A stretch of DNA of 64,000 nt, from the NCBI GenBank assembly GCA_965238225.1, contig OZ250183.1, positions 768,001 through 832,000 on the forward strand, in the 5' to 3' direction. Source of the stretch: Gammaproteobacteria bacterium. Its GTDB lineage: Bacteria; Pseudomonadota; Gammaproteobacteria; Eutrophobiales; Eutrophobiaceae. How positions within the stretch are numbered: the first letter of the stretch is position 1; each line of letters opens with the position of its first letter. A model generated the notes under the pieces. It made no database searches, was not told where the DNA came from, and saw only the letters and a program-made list of their open reading frames with translations. The translations under genes and the position numbers were made by a program. This document shows positions 22,475-34,521 of the stretch, piece by piece.

Positions 22475-24310
22475 TCAATCCAGAAAGGTATTAAGCTGTT
22501 CCGATCTTGAAGGATGTCTGAGTTTTCTTAACGCTTTGGCTTCTATCTGACGAATACGTTCTCGGGTCACATCAAATTGCTTACCGACTTCTTCCAAAGT
22601 GTGGTCTGTATTCATGTCAATCCCAAAACGCATACGCAGAACTTTTGCCTCTCTAGGTGTCAGGCCGGCAAGCGCTATTTTGGTTGAATGACGCAAGCCT
22701 TCAAAGCTGGCAGAGTCACTGGGCGTCAATATATTAACATCTTCAATAAAATCTCCAAGATGGGAGTCTTCATCATCACCAATTGGCATTTCCATTGAAA
22801 TAGGTTCTTTGGCAATTTTCAGAACCTTGCGTATTTTTTCTTCCGGCATATCCATTTTTTTTGCAAGCTCTTCTGGCGTAGGCTCTCTACCTCTTTCTTG
22901 AAGAATTTGTCTGGAGATACGATTCAACTTATTGATTGTTTCAATCATATGAACTGGAATTCGTATAGTACGTGCTTGGTCAGCAATGGAACGTGTAATT
23001 GCCTGACGTATCCACCAAGTTGCATAGGTTGAGAATTTATAGCCTCTGCGATATTCAAATTTATCGACCGCCTTCATCAAACCTATATTACCTTCCTGAA
23101 TCAGATCGAGAAATAGCAGTCCACGGTTTGTATATTTCTTTGCAATAGAAATCACAAGACGCAAGTTTGACTCTACCATTTCTTTCTTGGCGCGCCCCAC
23201 CTGTGCCTCACCGATAGAAATACTGCGGTTAATTTCCTTCATATCAGCGATAGTTATATCGGAATCACCAAATAATACAAATAATTTCCCTTGAATTTTA
23301 ATAATTTCATCTTGATGTTTTTTTACTGACCTTGCATAAGGTTTTTTTGAACGGGAAATATTTTTTGCCCAATCAGTATTGATTTCATTACCTTTGAAAG
23401 TTTCGATAAATTCTTTGCGAGGCATGGCGCAATTCTTAACACATATTTTCAGAATTTCTCGTTCAGAGGTACGTATTATGCTTATAATTTCTTGAACATT
23501 TTTGATTAAGATATCAAAAAATTTGGGAGACAATTTTAATTGTAAAAAAAGCGTGCTCAGTTCTTCTTGAAGTTTTTTCGTCTTTTTATGATCTCTTCCA
23601 TACTTCTTCAAAGCCTTTGTTGTTTTTATATGTTTCTTGGTAAGAGGATTGACAACTTCTGATACTTCTTCGATGCTTAATACATAAAGATCTTCCTCCT
23701 CTTCTTCTTCGTCTGAGTTTTTCTCTCCTGCTGGGCTATGTTGCTGAGGGACTCTGCCACTGTCTGGATAATAAGAATGATCATAAAATCCAACAACTAA
23801 GTTGTTGAGTTTATAGTTTCCATTTTTAACGGCAGTATAGGTATTAAAAAAAGTATTGAGTATGCCGGGGAATGCGCAAAGTTCTGATAAGACTTTGAGG
23901 ATGCCTTGCTCAATGCGTTTGGCAATTTTGATTTCACCTTCACGGGTCAATAAGTCAACGGTTCCCATTTCGCGCATATACATACGTACGGGGTCAGTTG
24001 TACGTCCAAATTCATTCTCAACATTAGCAAGCGCAGCAGCAGCCTCAGCAGCAGCTTCTTCATCTGGGTCTTCAGCGCTATCGGTCATGATGATATCCAG
24101 ATTAGGCGGAGATTCGTATACTTTTATGCCCATATCATTAATCATGTTAATAATGTCTTCGGTTTGTTCTTGGTCAATAATTCTATCAGGCAGGTGATCA
24201 TTCACCTCGGCATAGGTTAGGTAACCCTGTTCCTTGCCTTTGGCAATTAGCACTTTCAGTTGAGATTGCTCTGCATTATTTGGAGTAGGTTGTTTCTTTG
24301 ATTCTTTCAT
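22475..24310 (-). CDS. rpoD: RNA polymerase sigma-70 factor
   Basis: [51 protein letters not shown]. Confidence 0.99.
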   Translation of the reverse strand: MKESKKQPTPNNAEQSQLKVLIAKGKEQGYLTYAEVNDHLPDRIIDQEQTEDIINMINDMGIKVYESPPNLDIIMTDSAEDPDEEAAAEAAAALANVENEFGRTTDPVRMYMREMGTVDLLTREGEIKIAKRIEQGILKVLSELCAFPGILNTFFNTYTAVKNGNYKLNNLVVGFYDHSYYPDSGRVPQQHSPAGEKNSDEEEEEEDLYVLSIEEVSEVVNPLTKKHIKTTKALKKYGRDHKKTKKLQEELSTLFLQLKLSPKFFDILIKNVQEIISIIRTSEREILKICVKNCAMPRKEFIETFKGNEINTDWAKNISRSKKPYARSVKKHQDEIIKIQGKLFVLFGDSDITIADMKEINRSISIGEAQVGRAKKEMVESNLRLVISIAKKYTNRGLLFLDLIQEGNIGLMKAVDKFEYRRGYKFSTYATWWIRQAITRSIADQARTIRIPVHMIETINKLNRISRQILQERGREPTPEELAKKMDMPEEKIRKVLKIAKEPISMEMPIGDDEDSHLGDFIEDVNILTPSDSASFEGLRHSTKIALAGLTPREAKVLRMRFGIDMNTDHTLEEVGKQFDVTRERIRQIEAKALRKLRHPSRSEQLNTFLD

Positions 24311-24436
24311 TATGTTTATAGTCTGCGGTCGTAATATCCAGAAAACCTTATACCTTTAACTGATTGTTTATAAATGAGGAAATATACATTCCAAACCCCG
24401 CATTGTAACATGGTTTCCAGCGCATGCCAGCCTCAT

Positions 24437-26206
24437 CTACTTCTCTGAGTTGCAGCTTGGGCTGGAGTATAGATTGCGGAGATCATCTAGATTCTTGATA
24501 TTCTGTACGCGTATATTGTGCATATCTTGCTTGCAGTCATGTTTTATTTTTTCAATGATCTCCAGAAATTGAATTTTTAATTTCTCTGGATCAGTAAGCA
24601 GATTATCCTTAATAGATAATTCCTTTAATCTGTCTTTATATTTACTGTCACGCCAATGTTCTAATATGCCAGCGCAAGAAATATTCGGTTGCTGATGAAC
24701 CAGAGCTAATAATTGCCGAAGAAAATCTACGTTCTGAGTTTTAATATCCTCTAGAGAATTTGGCTCAATGCTTGCGCCCAGTTTTGGGTTTTGTAACAGC
24801 AAGCTTATGGCATTGGCTATCGAGGTATTGTGCCCTTTGTGCAATTGATTTTTTGATACAAAATGCTGGATTTTGGTAGATTTTGCCTCTGGTTTTTTTT
24901 GAGCAGTCAATTTACGCAGGCTATCGATATCGATATCTGTCAATTTAGATATATCCTTAAGTAGCAATTCTTGCAATGCGCCTTTAGGAATCTCACTGAT
25001 GAGCGGCATAATGCCTTCTGCCAATTGTGCCATACCCTCACGGCTATCTAAGTTTGTTTCCCGTTTGAATTTGTCGACAAGATAATCTGATAGAGGGATA
25101 TAATTACATGCATCTTCAAATTTTTCACGACCATGTTTTTGCACATAAGTATCTGGATCATCCCCTTCAGGCATAAACATAAAATGTATCTGCCGACCTT
25201 CTTTTAAAAAAGGTAATGCAATATTCATTGAACGCCAGGCAGCTTTTTGACCGGCATTATCACCATCGAAACAAAAAATAATTTGTGGGCAAGATCGAAA
25301 AAGTCTTTCCAGATGATCTTCCGTGATGGCTGTGCCAAGCACAGCGACAACATTTTTTATCCCGTGTTGTGCTAAGGCCAGTACGTCCATATAGCCCTCA
25401 ACAATATAGATATGTTGCATATCTTTAAGTTGATGACGCGCCTGAAACAGACCATACAATTCGCGACCTTTATGAAATATTGGTGTCTCTGGAGAATTAA
25501 GGTATTTTGGAGAGCTATCATCAAAAACCCTGCCGCCAAAGCCAATGGCGCGTCCTCTTTGATCGCGAATCGGGAAAATAATTCTGTCCCGAAATCGATC
25601 GTAGTAACCACCATTGTCTTTTTCCGATGTCATGCCGATTTGTGCGAGTCGTTTTTTTGCGGCATCGGAAGCACCCAAGGCATTTAGTAAAATATCCCAG
25701 CCAGGTGGGGCGAATCCCAGTTCAAATTCTTTGGCGATTACACCAGAGATCCCTCTGTCTTTAAGATAACCCGTTGCGCGATTGGCCTTGGAAGATTTGC
25801 GCAGTTGCCGACAGAAATGTTGCACAACCAGTTCCATCAATTCATATAGCTCAGAGTTATTTTTGCTTTTATCAAAATCATCTGCTTCTCTAGGCACTTC
25901 CACACCAGCACGTGAAGCCAATTCTTCTACAGCTTCAACAAAGTCCAGACCGTTGTAGTCCATCAGAAAGCTGATGACAGTACCATGCGCACCGCAACCA
26001 AAACAATGATAAAACTGTTTGTTTTGACTGACGGTAAATGAAGGTGATTTTTCATCATGGAATGGGCAGCATGCTTTAAAGTCTTTGCCAGCTTTTTTCA
26101 AAGTCACAGAACTATTAACAATATCGACAATATCTACACGTGTGAGTAAATCATCGATGAAGTGTTGTGGAATTAAACCAGCCATAATTACGGGCGAGTA
26201 TATCAA
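24437..26206 (-). CDS. dnaG: DNA primase (likely start 26185, MAGLIP)
   Basis: CPFHDEKSPSF zinc finger, PKYLNSPET, Toprim EGYMD/FDGD. Confidence 0.98.
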   Translation of the reverse strand: MIYSPVIMAGLIPQHFIDDLLTRVDIVDIVNSSVTLKKAGKDFKACCPFHDEKSPSFTVSQNKQFYHCFGCGAHGTVISFLMDYNGLDFVEAVEELASRAGVEVPREADDFDKSKNNSELYELMELVVQHFCRQLRKSSKANRATGYLKDRGISGVIAKEFELGFAPPGWDILLNALGASDAAKKRLAQIGMTSEKDNGGYYDRFRDRIIFPIRDQRGRAIGFGGRVFDDSSPKYLNSPETPIFHKGRELYGLFQARHQLKDMQHIYIVEGYMDVLALAQHGIKNVVAVLGTAITEDHLERLFRSCPQIIFCFDGDNAGQKAAWRSMNIALPFLKEGRQIHFMFMPEGDDPDTYVQKHGREKFEDACNYIPLSDYLVDKFKRETNLDSREGMAQLAEGIMPLISEIPKGALQELLLKDISKLTDIDIDSLRKLTAQKKPEAKSTKIQHFVSKNQLHKGHNTSIANAISLLLQNPKLGASIEPNSLEDIKTQNVDFLRQLLALVHQQPNISCAGILEHWRDSKYKDRLKELSIKDNLLTDPEKLKIQFLEIIEKIKHDCKQDMHNIRVQNIKNLDDLRNLYSSPSCNSEK

Positions 26207-26351
26207 TAAATACTGCTAAAAATCTGACTAAAGAAACGAGACCCAAGGAAATTAAACTTGGATGACTTATGTGCCTGCCTGAAATGGAATATTTCAGTGC
26301 TTTTCTATTATCAGAAAGCGTTAGTTAATCTGGTATCCGAAGCCTGCGCGC

Positions 26352-26798
26352 TTAGCCAAGCTTCTGTTTGACTAGAGCGCTCACTTTGCCCATGTCTGCA
26401 CGACCTTGAAGCCTAGGTTTTAAAAGACCCATGACTCTACCCATATCTTTCGCTGATTCTGCACCACTTTTTGCAATGGATTCAGTAATGATTTGGCTGA
26501 TTTCATCTTCAGTGAGTTGTGCCGGAAGGTATTCTTGAATGATATCCAGTTCAAAAATTTCTTTTGCTGCAAGATCCTCACGACCTGCTTTCTGAAATTG
26601 TTGAATCGCATCACGAACCTGTTTTGCCATTTTGTCCATAATGGCAAGCACCATGGTATCGTCCAGTTTAATCCTATCATCAACTTCTTTTTGTTTGAGG
26701 GCAGCGGTTATGAGCCGTAGCACGCCAAGACGATCTTTGTCCTTACTGCGCATGGCTGTTTTGACATCGTCATTAATGCGTTGTTGGAGTTCACTCAC
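26352..26798 (-). CDS. GatB/YqeY domain protein
   Basis: AMRSKDK, YLPAQLTEDE, DMGRVMG, GRADM. Confidence 0.93.
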   Translation of the reverse strand: MSELQQRINDDVKTAMRSKDKDRLGVLRLITAALKQKEVDDRIKLDDTMVLAIMDKMAKQVRDAIQQFQKAGREDLAAKEIFELDIIQEYLPAQLTEDEISQIITESIAKSGAESAKDMGRVMGLLKPRLQGRADMGKVSALVKQKLG

Positions 26799-26856
26799 AG
26801 GCTATAAGGTAATTAATTTTCTGATGGTGTTAGAAGCATTTAAATAAATGCTGCGC

Positions 26857-27072
26857 TCAGTAAAGACGCACGCGCCTGTTTAAATCTTTCATAACTTTCT
26901 TTTGGTAGCGTTTAACAGCTGCTGCTGCTTTCCGTTTTCTTACTTGCGTTGGTTTTTCGTAAAATTCATGCCTGTGTACATCGGCAAGGATGCCTGATTT
27001 TTCACAAGTACGTTTGAAACGGCGCAATGCAATCTCAAAAGGTTCGTTGTCTGTTACTTTTACTGATGGCAT
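26857..27072 (-). CDS. rpsU: 30S ribosomal protein S21
   Basis: [30 protein letters not shown]. Confidence 0.97.
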   Translation of the reverse strand: MPSVKVTDNEPFEIALRRFKRTCEKSGILADVHRHEFYEKPTQVRKRKAAAAVKRYQKKVMKDLNRRVRLY

Positions 27073-27284
27073 ATTAATGGTCATTCCTTAACAAATATAA
27101 TTTTATGGCACTGTATCTGCCGAATAGCTTCCAGATGCCATTTTTACTGGCAAAACACTTAAGAGGTGCCCGGAAAATCCAGCAATTCTAGTGTTTAAGC
27201 GCTAAAATGCAATGATTATTAGCTAATTGATAGCTGTTTGGAGGGTTTTTTGTTTAAATTGAAAAAATCAATAAGTGAGTTTAG

Positions 27285-28295
27285 ATGAAAATATTAGGAT
27301 TAGAGACATCTTGCGATGAAACAGGTGTTGCGCTATATGACACAGAGCGGGGATTGCTTGCCCATGCCTTGCATAGTCAGGTAGCGTTGCATGAGGCCTA
27401 TGGTGGCGTAGTGCCTGAGCTTGCCTCCAGAGATCATGTGCAGAGGATTATCCCGCTGGTACGGAAGGTGTTGGCAGATGCAAATAGTCTAGGCAGCGAT
27501 CTAGACGGTGTTGCCTATACTGCGGGTCCAGGTCTAATTGGCGCCTTATTGGTCGGTATTGCAACAGGAAGAAGTTTGGCTTATGGCTGGAATATTCCTG
27601 CTGTGGCTGTGCATCATATGGAGGGTCATTTACTGGCGCCGATGTTAGAACAGCAAGCACCTGAATTCCCTTTTATCGCTTTGCTTGTTTCCGGCGGTCA
27701 TACGATGTTGGTCAAGGTCGAAGGTGTGGGTTGTTATGAAATTTTAGGGGAATCACTAGATGATGCTGCGGGTGAAGCCTTTGATAAAACTGCAAAGTTG
27801 TTGGGTTTGGCTTATCCAGGCGGTGCAGCATTGTCGGTTTTGGCGCAGTCAGGAAATAAGGGTAGATTCTTATTCCCAAGACCCATGACCGATAGACCAG
27901 GGCTAGATTTCAGTTTCAGTGGTTTGAAAACTTTTACTGTAAATTCTTTTAGAAAAGAAGGTGATGATGCGCAAACCAAGGCAGATATTGCCCGTGCTTT
28001 TGTTGAGGCGATAGTTGATACCTTAGGGATTAAATGTAAACGAGCCATCCAGAAAACAGGACTTAAGACCTTGGTTGCAGCAGGCGGAGTGAGCGCAAAT
28101 AAACAATTAAGGAAAAAATTACAGGAGGTGTGCGCTAAAGAAGGCGCTGAGGTATTTTATCCACGACCTGAATTTTGTACAGATAATGGTGCTATGATTG
28201 CTTATGCGGGTGCGTTGCGTTTGCAAGCAGGGGCAAAAGAAGCCTTAGCCTTTAGCGCAAGGCCAAGGTGGTCTTTGAGCGAGTTGTGCGCCTAG
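27285..28295 (+). CDS. tsaD: tRNA N6-threonylcarbamoyladenosine transferase
   Basis: [43 protein letters not shown]. Confidence 0.98.
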   Translation: MKILGLETSCDETGVALYDTERGLLAHALHSQVALHEAYGGVVPELASRDHVQRIIPLVRKVLADANSLGSDLDGVAYTAGPGLIGALLVGIATGRSLAYGWNIPAVAVHHMEGHLLAPMLEQQAPEFPFIALLVSGGHTMLVKVEGVGCYEILGESLDDAAGEAFDKTAKLLGLAYPGGAALSVLAQSGNKGRFLFPRPMTDRPGLDFSFSGLKTFTVNSFRKEGDDAQTKADIARAFVEAIVDTLGIKCKRAIQKTGLKTLVAAGGVSANKQLRKKLQEVCAKEGAEVFYPRPEFCTDNGAMIAYAGALRLQAGAKEALAFSARPRWSLSELCA

Positions 28296-28486
28296 GAGAA
28301 TATTCTTATAAGGGATCAAAAAAGGGGAGCTAACAGTTATTTTTATTTAGGGGCTTTTCTAGGATATAGAAAACATTAACAATCTGTATAAGATATAAAG
28401 TATTGGAGTGTTTACTGTGCGGTTTGAATATTATTAATCAACTTAAGAAAGTTTATGAGGAATTTTAGACTAAGGCAGCCTGAATA

Positions 28487-28516
28487 AATAAAGGGATCTA
28501 CATAGATCCCTTTATT
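28487..28516 (-). terminator. Intrinsic terminator of RTX gene 1
   Basis: AATAAAGGGATCT-ACAT-AGATCCCTTTATT hairpin, repeated after each RTX gene. Confidence 0.75.
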
Positions 28517-28571
28517 GTTATTGTCTTAACTTAAACCTTTTATTTCACTTAAATCTGCTGTGATTAAGCTA

Positions 28572-31500
28572 TTAGACGGTTTGCCATGTTTCAGTCAATA
28601 CTGTTTCCAAGCTATCAGCAACATCTTGTGCTATGACATTACCTGCACCAAGTGGTACATCATAAGCTGCCATGGCATTGACTAATTTGTAGACATCATC
28701 TCGTAGTAACTCTGATGAATCAGTTGTGATGCTGTCCAGCTTGTAGTCATTAATCTCCTCTTGTCTGGGGAAGAACCATAAAAAGGTTGGTACAGTTTTC
28801 GTTTCATACCAGCCAGCCACCTGTACTTGATCATTGGTTCCAGCGACGGTGATTAGTAAGTCTTTATCACTACGACTAAACCACAAGTCTTCTACTGATA
28901 CATTGTCAAATTGTAATATATCATTACTCGTTGAGTAGTCCGTATCATAATTATAAATGGTTGTATTACCGTCACCCAAAGAAAACAGATAAGTATCGTT
29001 ACCGTCATCTCCAGTCAGATAATCCTGTCCTGTACCACCACTTAAAGTATCGTCACCAGCACCTCCCCACAAGTAATCGTTACCGTTACCTCCGTACAGG
29101 GTATCGTTACCTGCATCACCACTTAAAGTATCGTCACCATTACCGCCATATAAGTAATCACGACCGTTGCCGCCGTTTAAGTCATCGTTACCGTTACCGC
29201 CGTCTAAGATATCGTTATGGTCACCGCCGTATAGTGTATCTGTGCCGCTTTGTCCGTACAGGGTATCGTTACCCACATCACCACTTAAAGTATCGTCACC
29301 ATTACCGCCATATAAGTAATCACGACCGTTGCCGCCGTTTAAGGTATCGTTACCGTCACCGCCGTCTAAGGTATCGCTATGGTCACCGCCGTTTAAGGTA
29401 TCTGTACCGTTTTGTCCGTACAGGGTATCGTAACCTGTACCACCACTTAGTACATCATCGCCGTTTTGTCCGTACAGGGTATCGTCACCGTTATCGCCGT
29501 TTAAGTTATCGTTATCGTTACCGCCGTCTAAGATATCGTTATGGTCACCGCCGTATAGGGTATCATCGCCGTTTTGTCCGTACAGGGTATCGTCACCGTC
29601 ACCACCGTCTAAGGTATCGTTATGGTCACCGCCGTACAGGGTATCTGTACCGTTTTGTCCGTACAGGGTATCGTAACCTGTACCACCACTTAGTACATCA
29701 TCGCCGTTTTGTCCGTACAGGGTATCGTAACCTGTACCACCACTTAGTACATCATCGCCGTTTTGTCCGTACAGGGTATCGTCACCGTTATCGCCGTTTA
29801 AGGTATCGTTATCGTTACCACCGTCTAAGATATCGTTATGGTCACCGCCGTATAGGGTATCATCGCCGTTTTGTCCGTACAGGGTATCGTAACCTGCACC
29901 ACCACTTAGTACATCATCGCCGTTTTGTCCATATAAGTAATCGGTATCGGCACCTCCGTACAAATAATCGTCACCGTCACCGCCGTCTAAGGTATCGTTA
30001 TGGTCACCGCCGTATAGGGTATCTGTACCGTTTTGTCCGTACAGGGTATCGTAACCTGCACCACCACTTAGTACATCATCGCCGTTTTGTCCGTACAGGG
30101 TATCGTCACCGTTATCGCCGTTTAAGTTATCGTTATCGTTACCACCGTCTAAGATATCGTTATGGTCACCGCCGTATAGGGCATCATCGCCGTTTTGTCC
30201 GTACAGCTTATCATTACCGTCAGTACCGTATAAGGCATCGTCACCGTCCTGTCCATACAGGGTATCATCACCTGTACCACCGTTTAAGATATCATTACCA
30301 TCATCTCCAGACAAGGTATCGTGACCGTCATGTCCAGACAAGGTATCGTCACCTGTACCTCCAGACAAGATATCGTTACCATTGTTTCCATTCAAGATGT
30401 CGTTACCAGCACCTCCAGACAAGTAATCATGACCATAACTGCCTTCAAGCACATCATCGCCGTTTTGTCCATACAGCTTATCATGACCGTCAGCACCGTA
30501 TACGGGGTGGTATAAGGGATCATCATCGTAGTGACCGCCACTACCGTACAGGATATCGTTACCATCACCCCCATACAAGGTATCGCTACCGCTATAGCCT
30601 CTCAATATATCGTTATTACTAGAACCATTGATGATGTCATCTCCATGACCGCTTGTTGCCAATACGTTGGCATCTATATATGCCTTTGTCCATACAGTAC
30701 CATCAGCAAACTCAGTTTGGTCTATTTGGAACCTTTGGAAAAGGTAGGAATTTTCATAATAGGGAAAGTAATTTTGAATCGTTATAGTTTTTGTCGTGTT
30801 ATTATCATCACTTACTTGTAATAGAAGATGATTATATGCGCGAAATATTTGAACATCCGTGGCGGCAATACCTTCTCCAAATTTCAAGATATCTGTGCTG
30901 CTGCCTAGGACACCGTCAGAGCCTACATCGGCATTATAAATAGTTGTATTACCGTCACCTCGAAAAAATAAATAAGTATCGTCACCGTGGTTTCCTTGCA
31001 TGTAGTTTGTACCTTTGCCGCCGCTAAAGATATCGTTACCGCGACCTCCATACAGGGTATCGTTACCATCACCGCCATTCAAGACATCGTTGCCATTACC
31101 GCCGTATAGGGTATCGTTACCGCTACCGCCATTTAAGGTATCGTCACCGGTATCTCCAGACAAGATATCGTTACCGTCACCGCCGTACAGGGTATCGTTA
31201 TGGTCATTTCCAACCAAGGTATCGTTACCGTCACCGCCGTACAGGGTATCGTTACCCCCACGACCTTCTAATCGATCATTACCATCACCACCATTGATAG
31301 TGTTATCGTTCTCGTCGCCTATAAGCAAGGCGGCATCTATCTGTGTCGATGTCCATACAGCACCATCAGCAAACTCAACTTGGTCTAATCGGTAATCATC
31401 CCTGAAGTGATCGTAAATCGTTATAGTTTCTGTTGTGTTATTAACACCACTTACTTGTAATAGAAGATCATTATCTACGCGAGTTATTTTAACATCCCAA

Positions 31501-33644
31501 GTGGCAATGCCTGCTCCAAGTTGCAAGGTATCCGTGCTGTTGCTTGTATCGTAATTATGAATGCTTGTATCACCGTCACCTTTGGAAAATAGATAAGTAT
31601 CGTCACCCTTATCTCCAACTAAGACATCTGTACCAGAACCGCCGCTAAAGATATCGTTACCGCGACCTCCATACAAGGTATCGTCACCGTCACCTCCGCT
31701 TAAGGTATCGTTGCCGTCTTGTCCAGACAGGACATCATTACCGTTATCTCCAGACAAGGTATCCGTACCGGAACCGCCGCTTAAGAAATCGTCACCGGCA
31801 CCTCCATACAAGGTATCGTCACCGTCAGTTCCATTCAAGGTATCGTTACCAGCAAGACCTTCCAGTAGATCATTACCATTGCTACCACTGAGAATGTCAT
31901 CGTTCTCATTACCTCTTAACGAGTTTGTTGGCAATGTCCATACAGCACCATCAGCAAACTCAATTTGGTCTAATTGGTTATCATCATTTAGGAAGTGATC
32001 TATAATCGTTATAGTTTCTGTCGTGTTATCAGAGCCACTTACTTGTAATAGAAGATTATTACCTACGCGAGTTGCTTGAATGTCTGTGGTAGCAATACCT
32101 TGTCCAAGTTGCAAGGTATCTGTGCTTACGCCTGTATCGTAATTATGAATGGTTGTATCACCGTCACCTCGAGAAAATAGATAAATATCGTTACCGTTAC
32201 CGCCATACAAGGTATCCGTACCAGAGCCACCGCTTAGTACATCATCGCCGTTTTGTCCGTACAGGGTATCGTCACCCGCACCGCCGTTTAAGTAATCGTC
32301 ACCGTTACCTCCATTTAATGTATCGTTATCGTTACCGCCGTATAGCTTATCGTTGCCAGCATAACCTTCCAGTAGATCATTACCACTACCACCATTGAGA
32401 GTGTCATCGTTCTCAGAACCTCCTAACGAGGTTGTTGGCAATGTCCATACAGTACCATCAGCAAACTCAACTTGGTCTAATAGGTAAGAATCATTTAGGA
32501 AGTGATTATAAATCCTTATAGTTTCTGTTGTGTTATCAGAGCCATTTACTTGCAATAGAAGATGCTTATCTATACGAGTTACTCGAACATCTGTGGTAGC
32601 AATACCTTGTCCAAATTGCAAGGTATCTGCGCTGTTGTCTGTATCATAATTATAAATGCTTGTATCACCGTCACCTTTGGAAAACAGATAAGTATCGTCA
32701 CCATTATCTCCAACTAAGACATCCGTACCTGCACCGCCGCTTAATGTATCGTCACCAGCACCTCCAACCAAGGTATCATTATCGTTACCTCCGTATAGGG
32801 TATCCGTACCAGAACCACCGCTTAGTACATCATCGCCGTTTTGTCCGTACAGGGTATCGTCACCGTCACCACCGTACAGGGTATCGTCACCGTCACCACC
32901 GTATAGGGCATCGTTATGGTCACCGCCGTATAGGGTATCTGTACCGTTTTGTCCGTACAGGGTATCGTAACCTGTACCACCACTTAGTACATCATCGCCG
33001 TTTTGTCCGTACAGGGTATCGTCACCGTCACCACCGTATAGGGCATCGTTATGGTCACCGCCGTATAGGGTATCTGTACCGTTTTGTCCGTACAGGGTAT
33101 CGTAACCTGTACCACCACTTAGTACATCATCGCCGTTTTGTCCGTATAGGGTATCGTCACCGTTATCGCCGTTTAAGGTATCGTTACCGTCACCACCGTC
33201 TAAGATATCGTTATGGTCACCGCCGTATAGTGTATCTGTACCGTTTTGTCCGTACAGGGTATCGTCACCTGTACCACCACTTAGTACATCATCGCCGTTT
33301 TGTCCATATAAGTAATCGGTATCGGCACCTCCGTACAAATAATCGTCACCGTCACCACCGTCTAAGGTATCGTTATGGTCACCGCCGTATAGGGTATCAT
33401 CGCCGTTTTGTCCATACAGGGTATCGTCACCGTTATCGCCGTTTAAGAAATCGTCACCGGCACCTCCGCTCAAGGTATCGTTACCGGCACCCCCGTATAG
33501 AAAATCATCACCGTTTTGTCCATACAAGTAATCGTTACCGGCATTTCCATACAGGGTATCGTTACCAGCACCTCCATTCAGGGTATCGTCGCCATCATTT
33601 CCTTCTAATCGATCATCCCCACTATCACCATTAACATTAGCCAT
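28572..33644 (-). CDS. RTX-type Ca-binding repeat protein 1 (1690 aa), probable T1SS substrate
   Basis: Many GGxGxDxLx nonapeptides, 4 haemolysin-type Ca-binding-related modules (DTYLF..GDG..FADGTVW), C-terminal [15 protein letters not shown] secretion-type tail. Confidence 0.9.
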   Translation of the reverse strand: MANVNGDSGDDRLEGNDGDDTLNGGAGNDTLYGNAGNDYLYGQNGDDFLYGGAGNDTLSGGAGDDFLNGDNGDDTLYGQNGDDTLYGGDHNDTLDGGDGDDYLYGGADTDYLYGQNGDDVLSGGTGDDTLYGQNGTDTLYGGDHNDILDGGDGNDTLNGDNGDDTLYGQNGDDVLSGGTGYDTLYGQNGTDTLYGGDHNDALYGGDGDDTLYGQNGDDVLSGGTGYDTLYGQNGTDTLYGGDHNDALYGGDGDDTLYGGDGDDTLYGQNGDDVLSGGSGTDTLYGGNDNDTLVGGAGDDTLSGGAGTDVLVGDNGDDTYLFSKGDGDTSIYNYDTDNSADTLQFGQGIATTDVRVTRIDKHLLLQVNGSDNTTETIRIYNHFLNDSYLLDQVEFADGTVWTLPTTSLGGSENDDTLNGGSGNDLLEGYAGNDKLYGGNDNDTLNGGNGDDYLNGGAGDDTLYGQNGDDVLSGGSGTDTLYGGNGNDIYLFSRGDGDTTIHNYDTGVSTDTLQLGQGIATTDIQATRVGNNLLLQVSGSDNTTETITIIDHFLNDDNQLDQIEFADGAVWTLPTNSLRGNENDDILSGSNGNDLLEGLAGNDTLNGTDGDDTLYGGAGDDFLSGGSGTDTLSGDNGNDVLSGQDGNDTLSGGDGDDTLYGGRGNDIFSGGSGTDVLVGDKGDDTYLFSKGDGDTSIHNYDTSNSTDTLQLGAGIATWDVKITRVDNDLLLQVSGVNNTTETITIYDHFRDDYRLDQVEFADGAVWTSTQIDAALLIGDENDNTINGGDGNDRLEGRGGNDTLYGGDGNDTLVGNDHNDTLYGGDGNDILSGDTGDDTLNGGSGNDTLYGGNGNDVLNGGDGNDTLYGGRGNDIFSGGKGTNYMQGNHGDDTYLFFRGDGNTTIYNADVGSDGVLGSSTDILKFGEGIAATDVQIFRAYNHLLLQVSDDNNTTKTITIQNYFPYYENSYLFQRFQIDQTEFADGTVWTKAYIDANVLATSGHGDDIINGSSNNDILRGYSGSDTLYGGDGNDILYGSGGHYDDDPLYHPVYGADGHDKLYGQNGDDVLEGSYGHDYLSGGAGNDILNGNNGNDILSGGTGDDTLSGHDGHDTLSGDDGNDILNGGTGDDTLYGQDGDDALYGTDGNDKLYGQNGDDALYGGDHNDILDGGNDNDNLNGDNGDDTLYGQNGDDVLSGGAGYDTLYGQNGTDTLYGGDHNDTLDGGDGDDYLYGGADTDYLYGQNGDDVLSGGAGYDTLYGQNGDDTLYGGDHNDILDGGNDNDTLNGDNGDDTLYGQNGDDVLSGGTGYDTLYGQNGDDVLSGGTGYDTLYGQNGTDTLYGGDHNDTLDGGDGDDTLYGQNGDDTLYGGDHNDILDGGNDNDNLNGDNGDDTLYGQNGDDVLSGGTGYDTLYGQNGTDTLNGGDHSDTLDGGDGNDTLNGGNGRDYLYGGNGDDTLSGDVGNDTLYGQSGTDTLYGGDHNDILDGGNGNDDLNGGNGRDYLYGGNGDDTLSGDAGNDTLYGGNGNDYLWGGAGDDTLSGGTGQDYLTGDDGNDTYLFSLGDGNTTIYNYDTDYSTSNDILQFDNVSVEDLWFSRSDKDLLITVAGTNDQVQVAGWYETKTVPTFLWFFPRQEEINDYKLDSITTDSSELLRDDVYKLVNAMAAYDVPLGAGNVIAQDVADSLETVLTETWQTV

Positions 33645-33758
33645 AATAATATTCCTGTTATTTATACGTTTTATAAAAGGTTGGTTATTTGTAAGTTTAA
33701 TCTTTTTTAAATCTTCTTAATGTTACGGTACAACAATAGTGCTATACAGCGTTCAATC

Positions 33759-34226
33759 ATTAGCCGATATCTTGTTTGCATTTTTGTTGTCAAAAAGGTA
33801 TTTAAAGATAAATCCTGTCAATGTTTTGCGTATTTATCTGTGTTTAAGGCTATATCCTTTAATGTACAACTTTTGCTATCACTAAATTGTGATACCCAAA
33901 GAAGATACCCTAAAAAAACGTTATACGAAAGTGGCAAATACATTAAATGTTGATTTAGCTTTAGATACATAACATGCCTTATACAGGCATTACACTCCCT
34001 AACATTGGGGGTATGGTCAAAGATTGGTGAAAAAGTTCCACACCAGTTTGATTTAGATTATGTTAAATCTAATTTATAAGGCGAAAGCTATATTTTATCG
34101 GTACTGTGTGAGGGTATTATGTTAAGTATTTTTGACCACAGACGGTCTGGTTTCGCAGCGCAGGGTGGGCGAGAACGACTGTGACCAAGTTTACGGATGA
34201 CCTTTAGGTGTATTTAAGTCTGTAAA
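33759..34226. repeat. Upstream cassette, copy 1 (~470 bp, shared by all three RTX genes)
   Basis: Near-identical to 41340-41806 and 46333-46800. Confidence 0.95.
34132..34188 (-). other. GC-rich imperfect hairpin (candidate structured RNA or DNA element), copy 1
   Basis: Minus strand UUGGUCACAG pairs with CUGUGGUCAA using 2 G-U pairs; inner GUU(C)UCGC/GCGAAAC stem; copies at 41712-41768 and 46704-46759. Confidence 0.45.
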
Positions 34227-34330
34227 ATAGGAAACATATATGAAAAATCTCATTGAATAAAGACGGTGTTGATTTTTAGTTAAAGTTTAAGATAAACCCT
34301 TATATTCACAAGGTTTACTATTCCACGATA

Positions 34331-34390
34331 CAATAGATAGGATTTAAATAGATAGGATGTAAATAGATAGGATTTAAATAGATAGGATTT
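34331..34390. repeat. 15-bp tandem repeat (AAATAGATAGGATTT) x4
   Basis: Direct reading; 5 units in the paralogous junction. Confidence 0.95.
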
Positions 34391-34436
34391 AAATTAAAGA
34401 CAGGACTAAATGTAGAATTAGAGGTTAATAAATAAT

Positions 34437-34464
34437 ATAAAGGGATCTATGTAGATCCCTTTAT
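34437..34464 (-). terminator. Intrinsic terminator of RTX gene 2
   Basis: ATAAAGGGATCT-ATGT-AGATCCCTTTAT. Confidence 0.75.
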
Positions 34465-34521
34465 TGTTATTGTCTTAAACTTAAACCTTTTATTTCACTT
34501 AAATCTGCTGTGATTAAGCTA

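Noticed and set aside
28931-30622. Long His/Arg/Tyr-rich and Pro/Ser-rich plus-strand ORFs (also 32660-33634, 37469-38089, 42505-44274)
   Set aside because: Antisense shadows of the Gly/Asp/Asn repeat codons of the RTX genes; no independent evidence
33720-33953. Small ORFs recurring in the upstream cassettes (41337-41534, 41399-41623, 46330-46545, 46433-46615)
   Set aside because: They recur only because the DNA is duplicated; starts and frames differ between copies; no recognisable motif
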